Positions 34,362 through 41,765 of a DNA stretch of 64,000 nt are shown here, one piece after another. The notes under the pieces are model-generated. The model was not told where the DNA came from, did not search any database, and saw nothing but the letters and a program-made list of their open reading frames with translations. The stretch lies in IMG/VR virus record IMGVR_UViG_3300045988_159113. One strand, 5' to 3'. The stretch comes from a virus. The number at the start of each line of letters is the position of its first letter. Positions within the stretch are counted from its first letter, which is position 1. Made by a program: the position numbers and the translations under genes.

Positions 34362-35008
34362 TGAGAAAATTGTATTGTGTAGGATGGGGTAGAAGCTATG
34401 CCAACTGGTTCCGTGATGTTGAATTGACCGGAGATTTTGAGACTCCCAAGTTTCAGATCGAAGATGCGGATATTGTCCTCTTTACTGGTGGTGAGGATGT
34501 GAGCCCTTATCTTTATGGTAAGGCTCCACACCCTACGAGTTATTGGACAACATCAAGAGACGAGATGGAAGTTGAAGCCTTCAAGCGTATACGTCCCGAT
34601 GCTCTGGCATACGGTACATGTCGTGGCCTGCAACTGCTTAACGTTATGAACGGCGGCATTCTCTGTCAGGATGCTACTGATCACTGGTGTTCAGGTACGC
34701 ATGAGATACACAACGACACTGAGTCGTACCGTATCACATCGCTGCATCATCAGATGGTGTATCCTTTCGATCTCAATCCTGACTATTATGACATTCTGTT
34801 TTGGAGTACTCCACGCAGTAAGCATTACGAAGGGGATGGGATCGATCCGACACTCTACCACAAGTTTGGCGAGCCTGAGATTGTGCTTTATCACAAGCCA
34901 GGATTACCCAAGTGTCTTGGAGTGCAAGGACACCCTGAGATGATGTCTCCCAATAGCCCGGTTGTGAACATGTTGAATAACTTAATAGATGACATTCTTA
35001 AAAAATAA
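34361..35008 (+). CDS. class I glutamine amidotransferase-like / peptidase C26 (gamma-glutamyl hydrolase-like)
   Basis: TAATG-coupled. Nucleophile elbow GTCRGLQLLNV and catalytic GVQGHPE. Confidence 0.7.
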   Translation: MRKLYCVGWGRSYANWFRDVELTGDFETPKFQIEDADIVLFTGGEDVSPYLYGKAPHPTSYWTTSRDEMEVEAFKRIRPDALAYGTCRGLQLLNVMNGGILCQDATDHWCSGTHEIHNDTESYRITSLHHQMVYPFDLNPDYYDILFWSTPRSKHYEGDGIDPTLYHKFGEPEIVLYHKPGLPKCLGVQGHPEMMSPNSPVVNMLNNLIDDILKK

Positions 35009-35012
35009 AAAG

Positions 35013-35924
35013 ATGGATTTAAACTTTTCTGAAAAACTTTATGAGCTTCTCGGCTCTGGTGTTAGTTCACGTTACAATTTTAACAACTTCCTTGATGACG
35101 ATGAACCCGATGATAATTTCGGTGAATTCCTGGAGAAGGTGAAGATCGGATCCGATCCTGAGCTGTTTATCATAAACACAAAGACAGGATCTGTTGTGTC
35201 TTCTATCGGATTGATACCTGGAGTGAAGGGTGCGCCTTGGGTGGACAAGTCGTGGGTCAAAGGTTATGGCTTGGAGACTGACAACATCCTTGCGGAGTTT
35301 AATATTCCACCCGCTACATCTTGTGAAGCTTTTGTCGACAGTATGGAGTTCATGAAGGATTACATAGACAAGTTTGTCAAGTCTAAGAATCCAGACCTTG
35401 GCATCGCGCACAAGGCAAGTGCAATGGTGCCAGACGATCAACTTCAGAGCGAAGAGGCGAAGCTTTTCGGGTGCAGTGTCGACTACAACGCATACACAGA
35501 AAACGCAAACCCAAAACCTTGCGGAGAAGCTACGAACCTAAGATCGATAGGTTGTCACATTCATGTTTCATATCCACGCAAATCTCAAGTAAAGAGTATA
35601 AGCTTGGTTAAGTATATGGACGTATTCGTAGGTATACCTTCTGTGATTCTTGATGCAGGAGAGGATGCAGTAAAACGTCGTGAACTGTACGGAAAGGCTG
35701 GATGTTTCAGGCTTACCAGGTATGGGATGGAATACCGACCTTTATCTGGCCGGTTCCTGGCAAACACAGATCTTGAAGAGTTCATGTACAAGGCAACACT
35801 TCACGCCCTCGGCGCTTGGTTCTATGATTATAGACTCCCAAGTGCTGATGATGTTCAGCGTTGCATCAATACAGGAGACATTAATCTCGCAATCCAACTC
35901 ATCAATGATTACAAACTTGTTTAA
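35013..35924 (+). CDS. phage-type COOH-NH2 ligase (amidoligase)
   Basis: ORF track 34989..35924; ATG 35013 lies just after the upstream stop. IGSDPELFI, YGLETDNILAEFNIPPA, LRSIGCHIHVS, and CFRLTRYGMEYRPLS resemble the phiEco32-like COOH-NH2 ligase family. Confidence 0.6.
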   Translation: MDLNFSEKLYELLGSGVSSRYNFNNFLDDDEPDDNFGEFLEKVKIGSDPELFIINTKTGSVVSSIGLIPGVKGAPWVDKSWVKGYGLETDNILAEFNIPPATSCEAFVDSMEFMKDYIDKFVKSKNPDLGIAHKASAMVPDDQLQSEEAKLFGCSVDYNAYTENANPKPCGEATNLRSIGCHIHVSYPRKSQVKSISLVKYMDVFVGIPSVILDAGEDAVKRRELYGKAGCFRLTRYGMEYRPLSGRFLANTDLEEFMYKATLHALGAWFYDYRLPSADDVQRCINTGDINLAIQLINDYKLV

Positions 35925-35951
35925 CTTTTAGAAAAGAAAGAGAGGTCTATT

Positions 35952-37316
35952 ATTTGTGGCATTTTTGGATACATAAAGTCTAAACCAGAACCGTTTGACT
36001 TTATGGAGTTCTGCACTTTAGGAGTGCATAACGATACAAGAGGAAAAGATTCTGTCGGTATTTATATCGATGGACAAACTGAGTATTATTGTAAGGGCAA
36101 GAACAATAGCCTGTTCTCGGAGTTTATCTCCAAGAGCAGGCTATTGCAGTCTGTAGAGGTTGCACAAGTTGCATATGGTCATGACCGTGCAGCTTCCATT
36201 GGCACCGTATCTATTGAGACTGCACAGCCCGTAGTGTTAAAAGAAGATGACAAGATCACATATGTGCTTATGCACAATGGCACCATCTATAATTATGAGG
36301 ATCTAGCCAAAAAGTATATTCCAGATGTGGATATCAAGGGGATGACTGATTCCCAGGTTATGGCGCGCATATTCTACAAAGCAGGATATGATGCACTCAA
36401 TGAATATATCGGTGGTGCCGTGTTTGCCATTATCGATTACCGCGGAGAAAAACCAAAGTATCTATTCTGGCAAGGGCACAGTAAGAACACGCAGTATTCA
36501 CAAACCAGCCAGCAGGAAGAACGCCCGCTGTTCTTCTTGAAGAGTAAAGGCGAGATGATGTTTTCATCTCTTGATACATATCTTGACGCATTCAGGAGAC
36601 AATCAACAAAGTTGGTGCCGACTCCAAACTTGCTGATAGAGTATGATCCAGAGACTGAGGAGTTTATCTCACTTGAAGAGTATGACAGGAAGAATTGCTT
36701 TCAGACTAAGCCATACGTCGCAACCACTACCACATATTACGGAAACAACAACTATGGAAGTAGTACGTGTAATTATAGCCATAGCACTAATCGCGGCACT
36801 TCTTGCTATTCAAGCGGTTATGTAAACACAGACACGCACACCGGACAATGTCGCAGAGGCGCAAGTCTTTTGCATGGCAGCTATAGCATCAGCACCTATG
36901 GCAACATATCGGAAAGCGCCAACCAGAACGGATCGAATTATATGACCATGTGGTTCTTCAATGGTATACTCATGAAGAACGAGCAAGCATTCATATATCT
37001 CACAAAGTTCTGTAAGGAGTGCGGCATTAGTATTGATGAGTGTTTCAAATGGTATGATGACTTGGTTTATTATCTCTCGCCTTACCCTTATCGCGAGAAG
37101 AAGATCGGAGGAATTCCCTTCATGTTCAAAACCAATGATCCCGCAGGCGGTGAAGAGTACACAGGAGATGTACTTTATCCGTTTTCTACATACTCCAAGC
37201 GATATGTTAATGGTTCCTATGTATCAACAAGGACATCAACATTTATCGAATCGCTTGAAGCGTATAACAAAACAAAAGACGATAAGTTAGATATAGACGT
37301 TTTAATGAAAGTATAA
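35952..37316 (+). CDS. class II (Ntn) glutamine amidotransferase with C-terminal extension; non-ATG (ATT) start
   Basis: The ORF track starts at internal ATG 36003. The frame is open from 35925 and reads I-CGIFGYIKSK...RGKDSVGIY...HNGTIYNY, the canonical MCGIxG N-terminus. The only initiator-like codons before Cys are ATT 35949/35952. AAAGAGAGG lies at 35937-45. Confidence 0.7.
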   Translation: MCGIFGYIKSKPEPFDFMEFCTLGVHNDTRGKDSVGIYIDGQTEYYCKGKNNSLFSEFISKSRLLQSVEVAQVAYGHDRAASIGTVSIETAQPVVLKEDDKITYVLMHNGTIYNYEDLAKKYIPDVDIKGMTDSQVMARIFYKAGYDALNEYIGGAVFAIIDYRGEKPKYLFWQGHSKNTQYSQTSQQEERPLFFLKSKGEMMFSSLDTYLDAFRRQSTKLVPTPNLLIEYDPETEEFISLEEYDRKNCFQTKPYVATTTTYYGNNNYGSSTCNYSHSTNRGTSCYSSGYVNTDTHTGQCRRGASLLHGSYSISTYGNISESANQNGSNYMTMWFFNGILMKNEQAFIYLTKFCKECGISIDECFKWYDDLVYYLSPYPYREKKIGGIPFMFKTNDPAGGEEYTGDVLYPFSTYSKRYVNGSYVSTRTSTFIESLEAYNKTKDDKLDIDVLMKV

Positions 37317-38534
37317 ATGGCAGAAATTATTTCAGATTTTAAGAATGGCGCTCCTGTTATTGCAAGGGGAACAGAGTTTGTAGACAACAAAGTTGCACTT
37401 TTACACGACAAGAAGAGGTCAACAAAAATGTTGGTAGAGGTCTCAGAAAAGACTCTCCCGTATATAGCATTTGCTAATACGATGGGTGCATATGTGATCA
37501 AGTCGCAGTATACCGAGGATGAGCTTTTCTATCTTATGAACACTATGGGAACCGGCAGTTTCCCGTATACATTCGAGAGGCGATACGAAGCAATGGACAG
37601 CTTCAACCTCTTCAATGGTCATGAGGTGATAGAGAAGGATATCGAATTTGAACTGGCTAAGTTCATGCCTTACACTTTTGGTATTGAGTACGAAACGTCT
37701 ATGGGATATATTCCTCAGGATGTTTGTTTCAGAAATGGTCTCATCCCTTTGAGGGATGGGTCCATCTCTGGCTTGGAGTATTCAACAACCGTGATGCAGG
37801 GAAACGATGGACTCAATCTTGTCTATCAGCAGCTTGAGGCTCTGCGTAAGTTTACCTATTTCAACAAGGAGTGTTCCCTTCATGTTCATATGGGAGGCTA
37901 TCCTATTGATCCTATGGCGATCTATGCCTTATATAGAGTTTGCTATTTCTTGCAGGAAGAGATGGCAGAGTTCTTGCCCGACTGGACTTTCGAGACTTCC
38001 AAGTATAAGAAGAGCGGGAAGGACTATTGCCATAAGCTCGCAAACTACAAGACATTTGGCGAGCTCTATGAGAATATCGCACAGCAGAAGTTCATGGGAA
38101 GCCTGGAGCAGCCGCATCCAAGAGATGAGGAGAGAAGCCATAAGTGGGATTGCACAAGCAGATACACATGCGTCAACTTGTTGAACCTCATGTGTTATGA
38201 CAAGTGCAAGACTGCGGAGTTCCGATTCCTGCGTCCTACCTATAACTTCAAGAAGATCTATTACTGGCTCGCAATCTTCAATGCCATACTCAAGTATAGC
38301 GAAGACCTCTTCGCTAAGAGTGACAAGACAGAGAAGGGTATCGAGCAGTTGATCTATGACGACAACACCTCCATCTATCTAATTGCCAGCTCGGTTTATC
38401 CCAAACCTCTGGCAGATAAGATCGAGGATTTCGTCAACAAGCTGTATGTAGCAGTAGGTAATCAGAGAACAAACGGTGATCTCTATGGCAAAGATACGGC
38501 TATTGAGGATGCCATTATCGGGACCAGGTTATGA
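37317..38534 (+). CDS. amidoligase (Amidoligase_2-like, GCS2/glutamine-synthetase fold)
   Basis: 405 aa. FGIEYETS, IPLRDGSISGLEYST, CSLHVHMGGY, and TAEFRFLRPT blocks. Confidence 0.6.
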   Translation: MAEIISDFKNGAPVIARGTEFVDNKVALLHDKKRSTKMLVEVSEKTLPYIAFANTMGAYVIKSQYTEDELFYLMNTMGTGSFPYTFERRYEAMDSFNLFNGHEVIEKDIEFELAKFMPYTFGIEYETSMGYIPQDVCFRNGLIPLRDGSISGLEYSTTVMQGNDGLNLVYQQLEALRKFTYFNKECSLHVHMGGYPIDPMAIYALYRVCYFLQEEMAEFLPDWTFETSKYKKSGKDYCHKLANYKTFGELYENIAQQKFMGSLEQPHPRDEERSHKWDCTSRYTCVNLLNLMCYDKCKTAEFRFLRPTYNFKKIYYWLAIFNAILKYSEDLFAKSDKTEKGIEQLIYDDNTSIYLIASSVYPKPLADKIEDFVNKLYVAVGNQRTNGDLYGKDTAIEDAIIGTRL

Positions 38535-38800
38535 ACGAGTCAGATTTTATTGAGAGAGAATTAAACCTTTTAATGGACGAAATGTCCAACTTACATATTA
38601 ACGAATTTAATTTTGACGATTATGCCGAGGAAGAAGAAGAATCAGCAACCAGTGAGTCAGCCAGTACAGATGGCGAATGTGTATGTGGAGAGAGTGGAGA
38701 GTTATGTCTCGAGGGATCCGAGTGTTTGGACGAAGACCTTGAAGGAGAAGAAGATTTTGAAGACACAGAGGAGGATCCACAAGCATTCCTTGAAGAGTAA
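38531..38800 (+). CDS. highly acidic small protein (89 aa)
   Basis: ATGA-coupled to the amidoligase. AEEEEESATSESASTDGECVCGESGELCLEGSECLDEDLEGEEDFEDTEEDPQAFLEE. Ends in -EE. Confidence 0.6.
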   Translation: MNESDFIERELNLLMDEMSNLHINEFNFDDYAEEEEESATSESASTDGECVCGESGELCLEGSECLDEDLEGEEDFEDTEEDPQAFLEE

Positions 38801-39017
38801 GACCTCAGCTCCATGGAGAGAGATTCCAGTATACGGAAAGGTTATTCTGTACTTGAAGCCTGGACCTCTTGACAAGGAGAATTTCAAATCTACCGTTTCA
38901 TTCAAGTGTGGACAGGCTGACATTCCGGAGATCGTGAACAAGAGAAAAAATCAACTCATCAAGTACTTCTGGAATGGCCGCACTTACTTTCCGGGCGAGT
39001 TTCCATTTTGGCATTGA
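38622..39017 (+). CDS. hypothetical protein; 5' part overlaps the acidic ORF in another frame
   Basis: ORF track 38613..39017 (TTG); the first ATG is at 38622. Only 38801-39017 is unique (WREIPVYGKVILYLKPGPLDKENF...FWNGRTYFPGEFPFWH). The start or mode of expression is unresolved. Confidence 0.4.
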   Translation: MPRKKKNQQPVSQPVQMANVYVERVESYVSRDPSVWTKTLKEKKILKTQRRIHKHSLKSKTSAPWREIPVYGKVILYLKPGPLDKENFKSTVSFKCGQADIPEIVNKRKNQLIKYFWNGRTYFPGEFPFWH

Positions 39018-39019
39018 TT

Positions 39020-39187
39020 ATGTACAAATACAAGATCACTATAAGTATGGAAAACTACGGGTCAATCTATACCATGAGTGAAATCATCGTCAGATCAAAC
39101 ATCAAATACGAAGATGAACTCGAGGAAATAGAAGATGACCAGAGTATCGTGAAGTATATAAAAACAAGAGAAAGAATTTATGAATAA
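39020..39187 (+). CDS. hypothetical small protein (55 aa)
   Basis: ATG 3 nt after the previous stop; its end overlaps ATG 39180. Below the ORF-track cutoff. Confidence 0.4.
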   Translation: MYKYKITISMENYGSIYTMSEIIVRSNIKYEDELEEIEDDQSIVKYIKTRERIYE

Positions 39188-39659
39188 AGAAATCGTTCAG
39201 TATTATACTGATAAGTTCAAGGATTTCAAGGGGAATGAGCGATCGTTTTGTATCGCTCTTGTATCAAGACCTGTGAAGTTAGCGAAAGAGTTTCGTGATG
39301 TTGTCGCTGGTTTTGCTGTTTGCCATGAACAGGATGAGTTCTCGCCTGAGGTTGGGAAGAAAATCGCATACAACAAAGCTACCAGCGGTGACCAGAAACT
39401 CACCATGGTTTGCCATGGGTCAATGATGACATGCGAGATAGGCGAGTTGATACTCAAAACACTTGCCAAGTATTTCATCAGCAACCCAGAGTTTCAAATC
39501 AGCGGATACCTCGATATGCAAAAAGCATATGAGAAAGCCAAAGAGACCGAGAGTCAGGAAAAGGAACTCACCAGTGTAGAACTTGATACTCTTCATTACC
39601 TTAGATCATTGGACGAAGATAAGCTGAAGCTAATGATCAAGTTGGTAAATGAAAAATAA
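39180..39659 (+). CDS. hypothetical protein with A.C...DEF...VGK+IA motif
   Basis: 159 aa. Motif shared with 10662..11021. Confidence 0.7.
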   Translation: MNKEIVQYYTDKFKDFKGNERSFCIALVSRPVKLAKEFRDVVAGFAVCHEQDEFSPEVGKKIAYNKATSGDQKLTMVCHGSMMTCEIGELILKTLAKYFISNPEFQISGYLDMQKAYEKAKETESQEKELTSVELDTLHYLRSLDEDKLKLMIKLVNEK

Positions 39660-39960
39660 ATCGCTCAAAATCGCCGTGGTGGTGTTGGTTCTTATCAACA
39701 TCGCCATGGCGTTCACCTTGCATCTTGCATATACCAAGCGGAAGGTTGAACCAAGAACAGATACATTGTATATCACACGTGATATACTGATAGAAAAGAT
39801 CGACACGATTCGGGATTCAATAATTAGGATAGATGAAAAATTTCGGGCTGATTATGATGTTATTATTAGCCAGCCTGTCGATTCCGACTACCTGTTTTTC
39901 ACAAGATATTTGCAAGGACAGTTTGGTGGTGATAACGGCGAAGCAACTAAAGCAAACTAA
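39649..39960 (+). CDS. type II membrane protein (N-terminal TM)
   Basis: MKNKSLKIAVVVLVLINIAMAFTLHLAY, then a soluble region. The last 128 nt overlap the next ORF. Confidence 0.55.
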   Translation: MKNKSLKIAVVVLVLINIAMAFTLHLAYTKRKVEPRTDTLYITRDILIEKIDTIRDSIIRIDEKFRADYDVIISQPVDSDYLFFTRYLQGQFGGDNGEATKAN

Positions 39961-40237
39961 CATTATATTCCTCGAACACAGAAGGCTCAAAGAACGAGAC
40001 TCTGCCATGATCAAACAAATTGACGAGATGGATAGATTGCTTGCTGTTTACAACAACATCGATTCCATAAACAAGCAGCAGTTGTCAAGTTTCAAAAAGC
40101 AAATAGAAGATCAGAACAAGACCATAGATGATATGAGTTCTAAACTGATCAAGAGCAAGAAGAAAAACAGACGAAAGAATTTCGTTCTTGGAGTTCTGAG
40201 CGTTGCTCTTGTTTCTATTTTTGCGTTCGTTCGATGA
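39833..40237 (+). CDS. signal/lipobox-like N-terminus + coiled coil + C-terminal TM protein (u-spanin-like topology)
   Basis: MKNFGLIMMLLLASLSIPTTC|FSQD, a heptad-rich middle, and C-terminal NFVLGVLSVALVSIFAFV. Confidence 0.6.
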   Translation: MKNFGLIMMLLLASLSIPTTCFSQDICKDSLVVITAKQLKQTNIIFLEHRRLKERDSAMIKQIDEMDRLLAVYNNIDSINKQQLSSFKKQIEDQNKTIDDMSSKLIKSKKKNRRKNFVLGVLSVALVSIFAFVR

Positions 40238-40545
40238 TATGTTATGCGCAGTTAGTGGCTAAAGAGACAGACTATGCGGATTATACCACATATGTCTTTC
40301 GAGTTTTAGATGAAGTTATAATAAATGAGATTAAATCTCTTTATGTTATGTGTGTCCAATGGCCGAACTGGCAACAGGACAAGATAGAACTTGGCGACAA
40401 GGGATATCTAAAATATAAAGAGGTGAGAGCAGGAGTAGATGAGTGGTATGATGGGACTGCGCACAATTTCTATAAATACAGCAACGTGGTCTTTGAAAAA
40501 TTTGTGAAGTGCGAAGCCCTGAATACCAAAGAGGTTTTATTATAA
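40234..40545 (+). CDS. hypothetical protein
   Basis: ATGA-coupled ORF, 103 aa. Confidence 0.65.
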   Translation: MICYAQLVAKETDYADYTTYVFRVLDEVIINEIKSLYVMCVQWPNWQQDKIELGDKGYLKYKEVRAGVDEWYDGTAHNFYKYSNVVFEKFVKCEALNTKEVLL

Positions 40546-41471
40546 TGAACAAAACAGTTATGACAATTATGGAAAACAAGCTGAACAGCGCGAAAGAGTC
40601 TCGTAATGATGTAGTGAATACAGAAGCACAGGATATTACAAAATTCGTGTGGAAGGGACAGAAGGAAGATATCGAAGGTGTACGATATCAGGGAGAGATT
40701 AGAATGGTTGACGCGTCTGATGAACAGCTATCCATATTTTACAAGCATTGCCAGTCGATGCTGTACAATACAGATTCTAACAATCCGGGAAGGACAGTTC
40801 TGATTAAGATGATCCAGGAGGATCGCGAGAAGTGTAACGCTGAGCTGTATATGCGTTACCTTGATGGGACCTATCTTCCAGATGAGAAGAGAGCAAGATA
40901 TCCTCGGTTTATGTATCTTTCTGATCTCAATAAATACCTCAGCCGCAACACCGACAAGTACGCGCCTGGTAGTTATGACAAGATTGAGATTTCAGAATTT
41001 ACCGAAGGGATACCTGTCGAATTCTCTAACTTAAAAATATCAATGGTTAAGGATGCCTGTGAAGGTGTGCTTGGTAAGATCCACAAAAAGCCTATCACTC
41101 TGACGTTCTTGACGCGAATGGGAATTTGGCTTTCTCCTGATGAGATGCGAGATCTCACAGAGAAAGACCCGAAGACTGGAAAGGTTCGTGATCGCATGGA
41201 AGTCATCCGTGAGAGGTTGGGATTGAAGCAGACAATCCGTCTGCATGTAAATGAGACAGGACTCACATATAAGGAGTTTATGTCTATGGTGACGTTAAAG
41301 GAACAGACATTCAACAACCTCACAACTAACCAGCTTATCATTCTAAGGGAGAAGATCCTTTTCCGTGTGGAGAATATGATCAGCTATCAGATTGATTTCT
41401 GGATGAATAAGATGAGAGAGTTGGAGCTTGTCGCAAATTCTCATGGTTGGAGCTTTGAAAAGGAAGATTAA
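40545..41471 (+). CDS. hypothetical protein
   Basis: ORF track 40509..41471. ATG 40545 shares one base with the preceding TAA. Confidence 0.7.
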   Translation: MNKTVMTIMENKLNSAKESRNDVVNTEAQDITKFVWKGQKEDIEGVRYQGEIRMVDASDEQLSIFYKHCQSMLYNTDSNNPGRTVLIKMIQEDREKCNAELYMRYLDGTYLPDEKRARYPRFMYLSDLNKYLSRNTDKYAPGSYDKIEISEFTEGIPVEFSNLKISMVKDACEGVLGKIHKKPITLTFLTRMGIWLSPDEMRDLTEKDPKTGKVRDRMEVIRERLGLKQTIRLHVNETGLTYKEFMSMVTLKEQTFNNLTTNQLIILREKILFRVENMISYQIDFWMNKMRELELVANSHGWSFEKED

Positions 41472-41560
41472 TGACAAGAAGTGAGAGACAGGAGTTGTGC
41501 GTTGACAATTGGATACGCGCAGGAGGACGGGCCGCCATCGTGGGCAGCACTGGGTTCGGT
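41471..41560 (+). CDS. SF2 (DEAD/DEAH, ResIII/UvsW-like) helicase, exon 1
   Basis: ATG shares one base with the preceding TAA. MTRSERQELCVDNWIRAGGRAAIVGSTGFG ends in the first half of a Walker A loop. In frame, a TAA follows 6 codons later. Confidence 0.75.
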
Positions 41561-41765
41561 GACTTGTTGCCGTTCCGATAAAGAAATTTTCGGAATTATC
41601 ATTGGGTGAAATCGGCGAATCACAGGAACGCCGAGATTTAAATATTGTACAGCGTAAAGATTGAAATAACATCTTCAAGAGCATCCAACACCGTATAGGT
41701 GAAAACGTACGCGGAAGAACCCCAGAAGTGGGTGATTGGATAAAAAGCCAATCTGAAAATCTTTG
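41561..41765 (+). ncRNA. candidate ORF-less group I intron (205 nt) inside the helicase P-loop
   Basis: Removing 41561-41765 joins ...STGFG to KTRVAILAIK... and gives a perfect TGFGKT. The 5' exon ends in T, which can pair as U-G with G41569 (CGGT/GCCG). The insert ends in G. Its length is not a multiple of 3. Strong hairpins at 41574-95, 41613-33, 41657-75 and 41734-53. Confidence 0.6.

Noticed and set aside
41763-41765. TTG start for the helicase ORF as listed in the ORF track
   Set aside because: A TTG start would produce a helicase that begins in the middle of the Walker A loop (KT...). The missing GFG half sits at the end of the short ORF 41471-41560.
41561-41765. Intein, or simple gene split, as the explanation for the helicase interruption
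   Set aside because: The insert is 205 nt (not divisible by 3) and has an in-frame stop after 6 codons, so it cannot be an intein. A two-gene split would leave neither half with a P-loop.
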